Shown here: positions 39,351 to 48,026 of the stretch, piece after piece | How positions within the stretch are numbered: position 1 is the stretch's first letter | How the letters are laid out: the number at the start of each line of letters is the position of its first letter | Notes under the pieces: model-generated | The model's database searches: none | What the model saw: the letters and a program-made list of their open reading frames with translations, nothing else | Told to the model about the DNA's origin: nothing | From: a virus | Lineage: Duplodnaviria > Caudoviricetes | IMG/VR virus record: IMGVR_UViG_3300037484_000760 | Location: 1 to 50,959 of that record | DNA length: 50,959 nt | Strand: one strand, 5' to 3' | Translations under genes and position numbers: made by a program

Positions 39351-39522
39351 GAGAGGGCCTCCGTAGGAACTCTTCGAGGTTGGCTACTGCGCGACGCTGA
39401 ACTGCGAGGTCATACGCGCCGAGGACGAGAGAGTAGAGAAGGTCAGTCTTATCCCACAGACGTAGTATTTCTTTCTCAAACTCCTTCCGTTGCTTCTCCG
39501 CTTCCGTCATTCTCTTGCTCAT
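39343..39522 (-). CDS. 59-aa hypothetical protein (not in the ORF track)
   Basis: AAGGAGG RBS; MSKRMTEAEKQRKEFE... Confidence 0.55.
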   Translation of the reverse strand: MSKRMTEAEKQRKEFEKEILRLWDKTDLLYSLVLGAYDLAVQRRAVANLEEFLRRPSHG

Positions 39523-39533
39523 GTTGAGCCTCC

Positions 39534-39755
39534 TTAGAGTTTCTTCTTACAACAGGGACAGAACTGGGTGTCCGTAGTCAGCCTCGTCACACCTGAGCCC
39601 ATGTTGTAGATGATGTATGGTCTGTTCCTGTTTAGGAGCTGGAGAAGAAGATACTGCACCTTATTCTTCTCAGTCGTAGTAATGTCAATCGGCAGATCCT
39701 TCTCCAACTTCTCCTGCCAGATTCGTAGCCAGCTGCTACTAAGCATTTTCGACAT
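39534..39755 (-). CDS. Hypothetical protein
   Basis: AAGGAGG RBS. Confidence 0.55.
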   Translation of the reverse strand: MSKMLSSSWLRIWQEKLEKDLPIDITTTEKNKVQYLLLQLLNRNRPYIIYNMGSGVTRLTTDTQFCPCCKKKL

Positions 39756-39914
39756 CTCTCGCCCTCCTTACGAAGAGGCCCCAGCAAGGACGGCGGATGT
39801 ACTTGGTGCCCTTGCAAGAGGCGACGTACTTCTTGTGTGGGTGCAGGGAGACGATGACTTCGGAGAGGCACGTTTCCATGGACGGAGACATTTCTCGGTG
39901 GAGTTGGAGTTTGG

Positions 39915-40154
39915 TCATAGTTCCTCCAACATATGGTGGTTGAAAGCGAAGCCGTCGATGAGAGGCTCAAAATCCCCTACAAAATCCCACGCCTCTGGAG
40001 TAAACTCCTTTCCACAGAACTGTTTCATTTCTTCGGTGAATAAGCTGTTTCCCGAAACATCTATGTTTTCTTTGAACAGCCCGAACTCCTTCTCCATATC
40101 CTCCCAAGCCCGGATGCGATACGTCTTGCCCAATATGATATCTTCTCTCTTCAT
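39915..40154 (-). CDS. Hypothetical protein
   Basis: AAGGAG RBS; 'YRIRAWEDMEKEFG'. Confidence 0.6.
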   Translation of the reverse strand: MKREDIILGKTYRIRAWEDMEKEFGLFKENIDVSGNSLFTEEMKQFCGKEFTPEAWDFVGDFEPLIDGFAFNHHMLEEL

Positions 40155-40471
40155 TTCTCTTTCTCCTTTCTAAGGTCAGTAAAGTCCATCTTCCGTTCGA
40201 CATAATCTCCATCCATGAACAGGAGAAGGTTAAGTCGAGAGTGAAGCATGACCATAATGCAGCAGGCGATGCAACTCATTACGGTCAAGCTGGTGATCAG
40301 AATGTAGTCGTCCGCGGAGGACTTCTCGAGTGTTTCTCGAAACATGCGAAAGATATTGTTGACAGCATACTTGTTCACGCCTCCTTTTGAGAGGTAGATG
40401 ATTTCTCCATAGCGCGAGGCTGGGGAGAAGTCGTGCGCTGCTTTGTTGATTATGTAGACTTTGGGGGACAT
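40151..40471 (-). CDS. Conserved phage hypothetical protein
   Basis: 'HDFSPASRYGEI...DDYIL' pattern. Confidence 0.65.
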   Translation of the reverse strand: MSPKVYIINKAAHDFSPASRYGEIIYLSKGGVNKYAVNNIFRMFRETLEKSSADDYILITSLTVMSCIACCIMVMLHSRLNLLLFMDGDYVERKMDFTDLRKEKEK

Positions 40472-40614
40472 TATAGTTCCGATCCGCAGAAGACGCAGTA
40501 GCAAATCTCGCCTTCGTTGTGGTTTCCTTCGATTATGTCCAAGATGACGAACTCCTTCTTGCACTTTGGACAAGCGACCGTCCAACTCTTGAACTCTCCA
40601 GTTATACTATTCAT
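40471..40614 (-). CDS. 47-aa zinc-ribbon microprotein (not in the ORF track)
   Basis: ACPKCKK...YCVFCG; coupled on both sides. Confidence 0.6.
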   Translation of the reverse strand: MNSITGEFKSWTVACPKCKKEFVILDIIEGNHNEGEICYCVFCGSEL

Positions 40615-41467
40615 CTTCTTCCTCCCTTTCCGTTATTCCTACGATGACTGGATGATTCGGCACTCCGCGGTCAGTCAGCTCAGGATACTTAATAAGAGCG
40701 TATTGACCAGGTAGACTATTACGTATAACCCACAAAGCACTGCGGGCATCGTGAGTAAGAAGACTACCAGTTCCAACAGAAAATCTTTGGCCATCCTTCT
40801 CACACTCAAGGGAGCCGAGGCGTCCTTTTGGCGTTCCATACTTATCCACCTCCTCTTGATAGCCAACTATAAGATATGAGTCCTTATGGCGAGGTTTCCA
40901 CTTTAGCATGTTGGTAGTGCGCTTTCGTTCGTATAGGGCGTTGGCCTCTCTAATGATAATGCCCTCGTAGCCCTCTCCGCAGTAGAAGTGGAGGAGTTTC
41001 TCAATCCCTTCCATGTCCCAGACTCGGTGTGTGTCGACTACTTTGACGCAACCTGTTGCTTCGAGCAACGAACGGAAGTCAGCGTAGAGATATCGGAGGC
41101 GTTCCATCTGGGAAAGCTCTTCGTGGATGATATCGAAGACGTGGTATTGCATCTTCTCATGATCAGGATGCGGGGTCTTGCGCCGCATGAAGCTGGAGAT
41201 AGCCTGCTTGGACATGCCGTGAAGGTAGACCTCACCATCTAGCTCGATCTTTGTGCTGATGGCTAGCGCCTTGTTGATATGCGGAAGGGTGACGATCTCG
41301 TTCTCTTCGCTGGATAGAAGGGTGACGCCCCTGTTGGTGATGAGGGCTCGGCAGCGCTCCCCGTTGAGCTTGGGCTGAACGAGATATGGTTGGGAATACT
41401 TCGTAAGGCGTTTAGCCTCGAATGGGTAAGCGAGCTGAATGCCGCTTCTTCGTGTCCACAGCGCCAT
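40607..41467 (-). CDS. ATP-dependent DNA ligase (minimal)
   Basis: Motif I KLNGER, LDGE, VFD, EGIII, KWK, plus OB domain. Confidence 0.92.
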   Translation of the reverse strand: MALWTRRSGIQLAYPFEAKRLTKYSQPYLVQPKLNGERCRALITNRGVTLLSSEENEIVTLPHINKALAISTKIELDGEVYLHGMSKQAISSFMRRKTPHPDHEKMQYHVFDIIHEELSQMERLRYLYADFRSLLEATGCVKVVDTHRVWDMEGIEKLLHFYCGEGYEGIIIREANALYERKRTTNMLKWKPRHKDSYLIVGYQEEVDKYGTPKGRLGSLECEKDGQRFSVGTGSLLTHDARSALWVIRNSLPGQYALIKYPELTDRGVPNHPVIVGITEREEEDE

Positions 41468-41497
41468 GGCTGTCTCCTTGGGTGATGATGTTTTGGT

Positions 41498-41704
41498 TTA
41501 GATGAAATAGTAGTAGTAGGCATTACAAACAGGGCATTCTTGGTCAAGTTCTCCTTTGTTGAAGTAGGCTACGTTTATCCCTTTGATTTCTTGGTCGACT
41601 CGGGTAAGGCCGTTCTCAGTACACCCACATCGTACCTTTCTGATCTTGCCATTATCTTCTGGATGAAGTACATCTGCGATAACTCGAGTATATCCTTTTT
41701 TCAT
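41498..41704 (-). CDS. Small Cys-containing protein
   Basis: CGC...CPVC; AAGGAG RBS. Confidence 0.55.
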   Translation of the reverse strand: MKKGYTRVIADVLHPEDNGKIRKVRCGCTENGLTRVDQEIKGINVAYFNKGELDQECPVCNAYYYYFI

Positions 41705-41717
41705 CTTAATCTCCTTT

Positions 41718-41744
41718 CACTTGGGTTGGAAATTAACCTAAGTG
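41718..41744 (-). promoter_or_regulatory. 27-bp dispersed palindromic site #10
   Basis: CACTTGGGTTGGAAATTAACCTAAGTG. Confidence 0.87.
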
Positions 41745-41778
41745 GTAGGGCAGCGTTAGTTGCCACCCTACCACTTAG
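41738..41778 (-). terminator. 13-bp-stem hairpin downstream of 41804..42193
   Basis: CTAAGTGGTAGGG...CCCTACCACTTAG; overlaps site #10. Confidence 0.6.
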
Positions 41779-41803
41779 CACGTACAACTGATTACAGAAA
41801 GAA

Positions 41804-42193
41804 CTAGGCCGCCTTTGCCGCCTTCGCGGTGAGGTCAGCAATGAGCTTCGCCTGCGCCTCGGGAGAGAGGGAGGGGAAGGTGCGGAGCAGGGCAGCCGTC
41901 GGGTCGACAGTGCGCTCAAGGGCAACGCCGGGCTTCCATGCTTCCATCGTCGACTGGACTTCGTCATCCGCCTTGCCCTGTTCCATGAGCCGGCGCATGG
42001 CTGACTGGGCGGTTACCTTGGCGGCGCGCACGAAGTTGGAGTAGACCACTTCCTTGCCGAACTTCTCAGCGGCCTTGTCCATGTCCCCGCCGAAGTCGAA
42101 GAGGATGGTGCACTCGCGATCGCCTTCTTCGCCCTTCTTGTAAGTGGCGCTGATCTCAACTACTTCACTTGCAACTGCGTTTTCTTCAGACAT
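41804..42193 (-). CDS. Hypothetical protein, probably highly expressed
   Basis: Own promoter, AAGGAGG RBS, biased codons, followed by a hairpin. Confidence 0.8.
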   Translation of the reverse strand: MSEENAVASEVVEISATYKKGEEGDRECTILFDFGGDMDKAAEKFGKEVVYSNFVRAAKVTAQSAMRRLMEQGKADDEVQSTMEAWKPGVALERTVDPTAALLRTFPSLSPEAQAKLIADLTAKAAKAA

Positions 42194-42275
42194 TTGATGC
42201 CTCCTTATGTTGGCGGTAGGTCGCGACCCTAGTGACGGGGCTCAGAAGAGAACCCTCATCTGATGATTGAAACAC

Positions 42276-42304
42276 ATTATGGCATGGTTGGTGGTAGTTG
42301 TCAA
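42276..42304 (-). promoter_or_regulatory. Sigma70-type promoter
   Basis: TTGACA-17 bp-CATAAT on -. Confidence 0.8.
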
Positions 42305-42323
42305 CACATTTATTTCCTTTGAA

Positions 42324-42575
42324 TCAGCAAGACACAATAAAGTGCTTGCGGCCCTCATGTTCTGCGCAATCAACAGGACGGCTTTCTTCTCTTTCATGGT
42401 CCTCTCTGTGAACAGTCACCCAGCCGTTGGTCGTACCGCAGAGGTTATCCCGATTACTGACGGCGAGAATCTCCTCGTCTGTAGCGTCGGCGACTGCACA
42501 GACTTGCATGGCGAATAGGCTTATAAAGTATCTTGACACTTCTACTCTTTCCATTTTCACTTCTCCTTTCTCCAC
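42324..42575 (-). CDS. Hypothetical protein
   Basis: ORF with RBS; 'GTTNGW'. Confidence 0.55.
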   Translation of the reverse strand: MEKGEVKMERVEVSRYFISLFAMQVCAVADATDEEILAVSNRDNLCGTTNGWVTVHREDHEREESRPVDCAEHEGRKHFIVSC

Positions 42576-42760
42576 TTGATCTCCTCAAGTGTGGTTGGCC
42601 TCTTCTGCAAATAAGGCTCGTTGTAGGCGCCATAGACGATGACGTACTCGTCTGGGATGCGATCAAGAGTTCGGTCGATCACTACGTTGACGCGATCAGT
42701 GGCGCAGTCCCAGCAGACGGCGCTGACGAAAATGACGAGGAGCATTAGGGCTTTACTCAT
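42557..42760 (-). CDS. Small protein with hydrophobic N-terminus
   Basis: MSKALMLLVIFVSAVCWDC; GGAGG RBS. Confidence 0.45.
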   Translation of the reverse strand: MSKALMLLVIFVSAVCWDCATDRVNVVIDRTLDRIPDEYVIVYGAYNEPYLQKRPTTLEEIKWRKEK

Positions 42761-42871
42761 CGTCGTCCTCCTCGCATTGGCAAGTTTCGCCGTCAACGAA
42801 GAGGACGCGGCACACAGTACAGCGCCACTCTCCTTCGTTGTCCTCGTTAGTTTGAATGTGGAAGAACTTGG

Positions 42872-43288
42872 TCACGCTACCCTCCGTATGAGAATGAGGG
42901 ATTTGCAGAGGACTGTGTTTCGAGGCATAGGACGAGTGGATTCGAAGACTTCGCGTGGTGCAAAGAACTTTTCTACACCCTTCTTCCAGATCAGGCAAAG
43001 GCGGGCTAATGAATGTATGCGAGCCGGGAAAGGGATCGTCTCTACATACTTCGTAGAAACCCTTGCTTCGGCCTCCCAGACTTCCAAGGCCTCGTCGTAT
43101 TTGAGGTTGCGGTATGCCTCACGTTTAGCCGTATATTCATCTTTACATGCAAAGATATACCCGCACTCAGGATGCGTCCATTCTTCGGTTGAGTAAGATA
43201 GGATCAACTCAGGATTGGACAAAAGATTGGCCATTGCACTCCTTAGTGTTCCATCCCCTGCGACGGAAACAATCTTATATACTTTCAC
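42872..43288 (-). CDS. Hypothetical protein
   Basis: AGGAGGT RBS, GTG start. Confidence 0.6.
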   Translation of the reverse strand: MKVYKIVSVAGDGTLRSAMANLLSNPELILSYSTEEWTHPECGYIFACKDEYTAKREAYRNLKYDEALEVWEAEARVSTKYVETIPFPARIHSLARLCLIWKKGVEKFFAPREVFESTRPMPRNTVLCKSLILIRRVA

Positions 43289-43730
43289 AGCAACACCTCC
43301 TATAAAGTGGTTTCTCTTTCTCTTCTACTTCGTCATCTGAGGCTACGTCCTCAGGGTCGTACACTTCTTCCTTCTCATCAAGGAGTTCTTCCAGCACTTC
43401 CTCTTCCTCCTCGATCTCCTTCTTCTGACGTTCTAGTTGCTTGATGAGCGCCTTGATTTGGGCCTCGTCAAGGTGAGCCAACACAGCGTCTACGCTGACT
43501 GGCTTCTGTTCCGCCACACTCCTTTCTCGCACACTCTTGCGCGTAATGCGTGTTATGACGACGTAGCGTTCTTCGATCGATCTCTTCTCACGACAGAGTT
43601 TTTCGATCACTCTATCTACGTCATCCAGGTGGGCCTGATAGTGGATGCGCTCAGGGCAGAGGGTGACTAGACGGCGGTCGATCTCCTTGAGGCGCGCCTC
43701 GTGTTCGGGTAGGAGAGGGAGGCGAGTCAT
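43275..43730 (-). CDS. Hypothetical protein with coiled coil and acidic tail
   Basis: E/D-rich C-terminus. Confidence 0.6.
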   Translation of the reverse strand: MTRLPLLPEHEARLKEIDRRLVTLCPERIHYQAHLDDVDRVIEKLCREKRSIEERYVVITRITRKSVRERSVAEQKPVSVDAVLAHLDEAQIKALIKQLERQKKEIEEEEEVLEELLDEKEEVYDPEDVASDDEVEEKEKPLYRRCCCESI

Positions 43731-43984
43731 AGGTCGGCCGCTTCGCTGAGGCGCTGTTGGATGTTGAACCAGTAATCGTGGCCCTGAGGCGTGTCGTCCC
43801 AGTGGAGGGACCTGCAAAGAGTCTTACCTTCGGGAGTTGTTTCACAAAGACAGAAGCCCTCGTAGATAAGCTTCCCACACTCTTCCCCTCTCAGCCACTT
43901 CGCCGCCTTCTTCATCTCAGCCCCACCGAGGTTCTCGACAGCCTTTGCCAGTGCACGAAACTCAGGTGTGATGTTCTTTCTCAT
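43727..43984 (-). CDS. Hypothetical protein
   Basis: 'WDDTPQGHDYW' motif; AAGGAG RBS. Confidence 0.65.
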   Translation of the reverse strand: MRKNITPEFRALAKAVENLGGAEMKKAAKWLRGEECGKLIYEGFCLCETTPEGKTLCRSLHWDDTPQGHDYWFNIQQRLSEAADL

Positions 43985-44156
43985 GGTAGTGGTCTCCTTT
44001 ACCTCGGAAAGACTTCTGTCTCCCCAGTTGAGTGATGATAGCGCTCTAGCCGATTCTTGAAGAGTCGATCAGTGCGCAAGTCGCCTTCGCTCCAGTACGA
44101 GATGAGGCGAAGGTAGCCGGTTTCTGTAAAAGGTGTTGGTGTCATTAGTTGTTCTC

Positions 44157-44396
44157 CTATCCTGCGTTATACGAGGAGCAGATCACTCCTGCGGTTGTTC
44201 CTTCTACCGCCGTTCCGATCAGCAGAACAGTAACTTTGTCAGGAGATGATGCCCACTCAGAGTAAGATTGACCCCAGCGAGTAAAACTATCAGGCATAGT
44301 ATTCCTAGCCTCCTCCTCCGTCTCTGCCGCAACTACCATACTGTCGTAAGTGTCGTAGTTACAGTTCTCAGTCTGTGATACAAGATACAAGTTCAT
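44157..44396 (-). CDS. Conserved small phage protein
   Basis: 'YDTYDSMVVAAETEEEAR...SYNAG'. Confidence 0.7.
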   Translation of the reverse strand: MNLYLVSQTENCNYDTYDSMVVAAETEEEARNTMPDSFTRWGQSYSEWASSPDKVTVLLIGTAVEGTTAGVICSSYNAG

Positions 44397-44407
44397 AACT
44401 TTTCTCC

Positions 44408-44605
44408 TTATCCAGCCACCTTCCGGTAGCCTTCGTTACCTTCATCCCAGCGATACTTCTGCCCTTTCCCAAGACCTAGGCCAACACCGTTGTGTGTGAA
44501 ACAGATGTTGCACATGTTAGCCCAGGCTGTTCCGAAGCGTGTGCGGCCGTCTATGTAGAGGTTAAGATGGTCTCGCCCACAGATGTCACATTGTTTCTTC
44601 TTCAT
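44408..44605 (-). CDS. Small zinc-binding phage protein
   Basis: CDIC...WANMCNIC...GLGLGKGQKY. Confidence 0.7.
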   Translation of the reverse strand: MKKKQCDICGRDHLNLYIDGRTRFGTAWANMCNICFTHNGVGLGLGKGQKYRWDEGNEGYRKVAG

Positions 44606-44754
44606 GGCTGCTTCTCCATCTTCCATGCGCCATCAGATGGTTGGTTAAAGCAGTCGGCACAGATAAGAACTACGTCAACCGCACCATCGTGCCAAGTGCG
44701 TACGGCCTTAACTGCTACCTCTTTCTCTTGGCATACTTCGCATAGTTCGTTCAT
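44602..44754 (-). CDS. 50-aa zinc-finger microprotein (not in the ORF track)
   Basis: LCEVCQ...ICADCF; GGAGGT RBS; first gene after a promoter. Confidence 0.6.
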   Translation of the reverse strand: MNELCEVCQEKEVAVKAVRTWHDGAVDVVLICADCFNQPSDGAWKMEKQP

Positions 44755-44792
44755 GACAACCTCCATTCGAAAATGTTTTCTTCCATGATAAC

Positions 44793-44820
44793 ATTATACC
44801 ATATAAGCCATGAGTTGCAA
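44793..44820 (-). promoter_or_regulatory. Sigma70-type promoter with extended -10
   Basis: TTGCAA-16 bp-TATAAT with TGG before the -10, on -. Confidence 0.7.
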
Positions 44821-44859
44821 CCATCCAGTTGAAATTTATTTCATCAGTTGATCGACCAT

Positions 44860-44991
44860 TCACTTAGGTTGAAAATTAACGCAAGTGGGACACCGGCAAT
44901 CTTGGCAATGCTCTCCTTCTGGATACTCCATAGGACATTTGCCGTCACAGATGAATTCGTTAATGAGAAGGCACAAGAAGCAGGGTTTCAT
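44860..44991 (-). CDS. 43-aa microprotein with 8 Cys (not in the ORF track)
   Basis: MKPCFLCLLINEFICDGKCPMEYPEGEHCQDCRCPTCVNFQPK; ends inside site #11. Confidence 0.5.
   Translation of the reverse strand: MKPCFLCLLINEFICDGKCPMEYPEGEHCQDCRCPTCVNFQPK
44861..44887 (-). promoter_or_regulatory. 27-bp dispersed palindromic site #11
   Basis: CACTTAGGTTGAAAATTAACGCAAGTG. Confidence 0.85.
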
Positions 44992-45287
44992 CATTCTTCT
45001 CCTCTTGTTAAAGATAGGGCAATAATAGGCACACTGCTTATTTGCTGAAGGGCGTAATCTACGTCATCAAGTAAGAAACCTTTAATACCTCTACCACAAT
45101 AATGTTTTCCGAAAAATTCTGAGTAAGAAATAGGGAAAGGAATATCCTTTCCTTGTTTCAAAGCTAGATGAAAAATACGAGTGCATTCATCTTGACTTCT
45201 ACAGACTATATAATAGAAGTTCTCATGGGCAAGGTTAATGAGTGCCTGAGTTTTCCCTTTCTGCCTTCCTCGAATTATTACTTGCAT
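44991..45287 (-). CDS. Minimal P-loop protein
   Basis: RGRQKGKT and FLLDD in 98 aa; AT-rich gene. Confidence 0.6.
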   Translation of the reverse strand: MQVIIRGRQKGKTQALINLAHENFYYIVCRSQDECTRIFHLALKQGKDIPFPISYSEFFGKHYCGRGIKGFLLDDVDYALQQISSVPIIALSLTRGEE

Positions 45288-45289
45288 CG

Positions 45290-45802
45290 CTATCCCTCCA
45301 CTTCAACTATGTGAATCCCAGCTTCGTCGAGAATCAGATGACTGTCCCTGCTGACGTAGCGGCCAGAGTTCTTAAACACAACTTCAACAATCCCTGCGTT
45401 GATTATGAGCTTACTGCAAATGGCACAAGGGAGATCAGTCACGTAGATGGTCGCTCCTTCTATGCAAGCCCCAGAGCGGGCCGCCTGAGCTATGGCATTC
45501 ATCTCGGCATGAGCTGAGCGGCAGGTTTCGTATCGTTCGCCGGCCTTCACCTTATGAGTCTCTCTATAGCACTCTCCCAGCTCAGCGCAATCTTTCATCC
45601 TTCTCGGCGCGCCGTTATATCCAGTGCTCAGTATTGTCTTATCTCTCACCACCAGCGCCCCGTGCCGCGCCCTTCGACACGTGCTCCTCGTCGCTACCTC
45701 CAGCGTCAACTTCAAGAAGTACTCTGTCCAACTAGGACGCGGCCTAGCCACAGCTGTCTGCAACGTTCCGTTGCCTCCTCCATCTTCATCAATATTAGGC
45801 AT
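45290..45802 (-). CDS. dCMP deaminase
   Basis: RSTC, GYNG, HAEMNA and PCAIC motifs. Confidence 0.93.
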   Translation of the reverse strand: MPNIDEDGGGNGTLQTAVARPRPSWTEYFLKLTLEVATRSTCRRARHGALVVRDKTILSTGYNGAPRRMKDCAELGECYRETHKVKAGERYETCRSAHAEMNAIAQAARSGACIEGATIYVTDLPCAICSKLIINAGIVEVVFKNSGRYVSRDSHLILDEAGIHIVEVEG

Positions 45803-46088
45803 CTGCGTCCTCCTTATACTGAATAATAGCTAACGCACTATAGTTAATCGCATCCATCAGCGTATCAAGCACACTCTCATCCTTCACCTTCATCTCCCCT
45901 TGCTTGACAAAGTTCTTAAGCCGGTGATACTTATCACCAAGCCTAACTATAATCCCCTTCCAGCCGAAGTCATCGAAGTTAGACATAGCATTATCGTCCC
46001 CTGCATAGTCGTGCCCCTTCTTCTCAGCAATCGCCAAGCACGCGTCAAATATACTCCGCATCGCCGCTAGCTTCTCCTCCTGAGTCAT
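45795..46088 (-). CDS. DUF1599-like nucleotide-modification-associated alpha-helical protein
   Basis: KKGHDY...VRLGDKYHRL...ESVLDTLMDAINY. Confidence 0.8.
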   Translation of the reverse strand: MTQEEKLAAMRSIFDACLAIAEKKGHDYAGDDNAMSNFDDFGWKGIIVRLGDKYHRLKNFVKQGEMKVKDESVLDTLMDAINYSALAIIQYKEDADA

Positions 46089-46106
46089 CTTAAGTCTCCT
46101 TTCTTA

Positions 46107-46349
46107 TTATTCATATTCTATTTGAAACATATGCTTGTATTCGCTCCACATTTCGAGTTTTATTTGGTGCCATTTACCTAATACAGTATGGCGAGTAATT
46201 CCTTTAGGCCAGTCTCTTGGGTCATCTGATCCACTTCTAAGCAACCAGAAGACTTCTGAAAACGTTAAGCCTGTTCGAAATTCTGAGTATTCTTTAGCTT
46301 CAATCGAAGTCATATTGATTTGTAGCGCAATGTTCCATTGCCTGTTCAT
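46107..46349 (-). CDS. Hypothetical protein
   Basis: 'TRHTVLGKWHQIKLEMW'; coupled to the upstream stop. Confidence 0.55.
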   Translation of the reverse strand: MNRQWNIALQINMTSIEAKEYSEFRTGLTFSEVFWLLRSGSDDPRDWPKGITRHTVLGKWHQIKLEMWSEYKHMFQIEYE

Positions 46350-46552
46350 TAGAAAATCTTCAACTGGCTCAGCCGTGCCACTACCTGCTTCGCTCTGTTT
46401 ACGATACGTAGATCGAAACACTGAACACTCATTGGATCACTATCCCACTCAGCTGCTACTAGTCCAAGAAGGTCAATTGCCTCTTGCTGTAACGCAAAGC
46501 GCTCCTCCATCTCTGCTATCGCCTTAGGCGTCATTTGTGCTCTTAGTCCCAT
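46349..46552 (-). CDS. Hypothetical protein
   Basis: AGGAGG RBS; 'EWDSDPMSVQCFDLRIV'. Confidence 0.65.
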   Translation of the reverse strand: MGLRAQMTPKAIAEMEERFALQQEAIDLLGLVAAEWDSDPMSVQCFDLRIVNRAKQVVARLSQLKIF

Positions 46553-46608
46553 TGCTATCCCTCCTATCGTTGACTGCAAGGCTGTCTGCAACCTAGTGGT
46601 TGTCTATT

Positions 46609-46635
46609 CACTTCGGTTAATTTTCAACCAAAGTG
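46609..46635 (+). promoter_or_regulatory. 27-bp dispersed palindromic site #12
   Basis: CACTTCGGTTAATTTTCAACCAAAGTG; overlaps the stop of 46617..47516. Confidence 0.87.
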
Positions 46636-47516
46636 GGGGCGTTCTTAGTAATGGCCTCAAAGGCCTGTTTCATCTGTTCTCTTTCCTCTGCATCAGCCGC
46701 AGCTCGCCTTTGATTCAACTCAGCAATCGACAATGTTTCATCCGATACATAGCCATCATCCCCTGTCTTTTTAATGGTCATAGTTGTCTCAGGCGCAGGC
46801 TCGACATACCCACTTGGCTCTGGCTCACTCTCTTCCTTATACTCCCTATCCCGATCATGCTGCTGAGAGAGCAGATCAAACGCCTCAGCACTCTGAGTTT
46901 GACTTGGCACAGCCTTAGCTGCCTGTGCTTCGTCTCTCTCCCTAGTAAGAGTCAGAAAGGCTTCTCTCCAATGAGGCGGAGGACTATAGCTACTCCCCAT
47001 CTCTCCTCTCATCACAGCCTCAAACACCGGCCTGGCCCCATCCAAGTTCTTCTGCTTCTCTTCAGCCGACACATACTTCTGCGGCATCGCAGCTATCTGC
47101 TGTGCAGCCATCTCAATAGCATGTTTCTTCCCTATATCCCCTTTAGTCGCCCTCGATCCCCTCTCCATCCCGAAGTCCCGCTCCAAGCTCTCCTCCGCTA
47201 CACTCGTGATCAGCCGCTTATTCCACCCAGGCCCACCATTCACCGGCTTGAACTGACTCATAGAGAAGCCATTCTCCCTGAGCCAATCAATAGCGTCAGT
47301 CAAGAACTCAAACCGCTCCAAGTGCTCCGGGTCCCCAGCTTCAATGCAATCCAGCATGTGATCAATACAATGGTGAACCAGCTCTCCATACTGCGCACTC
47401 TTCAGCACCCCACAGCCAGCCAAATAGCTCGCTACGGCCGCCAACTCCCTCACATCCACATACGCTTGTACATTAAAGCTAGTTTTCTGCTGCGTAGTTC
47501 TATTATTCCTTCTCAT
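46617..47516 (-). CDS. Hypothetical early protein (first gene after a strong promoter, next to the origin-like element)
   Basis: AGGAGGT RBS; 299 aa. Confidence 0.75.
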   Translation of the reverse strand: MRRNNRTTQQKTSFNVQAYVDVRELAAVASYLAGCGVLKSAQYGELVHHCIDHMLDCIEAGDPEHLERFEFLTDAIDWLRENGFSMSQFKPVNGGPGWNKRLITSVAEESLERDFGMERGSRATKGDIGKKHAIEMAAQQIAAMPQKYVSAEEKQKNLDGARPVFEAVMRGEMGSSYSPPPHWREAFLTLTRERDEAQAAKAVPSQTQSAEAFDLLSQQHDRDREYKEESEPEPSGYVEPAPETTMTIKKTGDDGYVSDETLSIAELNQRRAAADAEEREQMKQAFEAITKNAPTLVEN

Positions 47517-47547
47517 CTTTCCTACCTCCTGTCATTGTGATACCCAG

Positions 47548-47576
47548 ATCATATCACGCCCACCGATAGTTGTCAA
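47548..47576 (-). promoter_or_regulatory. Sigma70-type promoter
   Basis: TTGACA-17 bp-TATGAT on -. Confidence 0.8.
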
Positions 47577-47656
47577 CACACAATTTCAAATGTTAGCTCC
47601 TATAAATGTGCAAAGTTACGTTCCCACATACATCCTACTGCTACATCCACGCCCAT

Positions 47657-47931
47657 ATCCACATCCAACCTATCTCTACACCCCCTAGCCCCTCTCTCCC
47701 ATATTCACCCTCTGAGTAACAGCCTGAATGGCTTAATCACGCTAAGAATGACCCCGAATAAGCTGATCTCATGAAGAGAAGGTGTTAGTCTGTTGTTGTT
47801 TCTTTTTTTATATTTTTTTTTTAATTCTAGACTACGTTAGCTGCTTTCTCCCTCCCTTACCCTGACCACCACTCAGGCCGCCAAAATGGAGGAGAGGGGG
47901 GGGAGGGTGTAGTAATAGTATGGATGTGGAC
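47657..47931. repeat. Imperfect 44-bp inverted repeats flanking a T-rich tract (origin-like)
   Basis: 47657..47700 vs reverse complement of 47888..47931: 33/44 ungapped; T-tract at about 47790-47825. Confidence 0.65.
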
Positions 47932-47999
47932 ATTTATATTTGGTAGGGATAGGAATAGGCCTAGCAATAGCCATATCCACATATTTGTGCGTTTCAATC

Positions 48000-48026
48000 C
48001 ACTTGGGTTAATTATCATCCCAAGCG
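48000..48026 (+). promoter_or_regulatory. 27-bp dispersed palindromic site #13
   Basis: CACTTGGGTTAATTATCATCCCAAGCG. Confidence 0.83.

Noticed and set aside
46596-47540. 314-aa + strand ORF
   Set aside because: It is the antisense shadow of 46617..47516, which has a promoter and RBS; its L/S/P/H-rich composition reflects strand bias.
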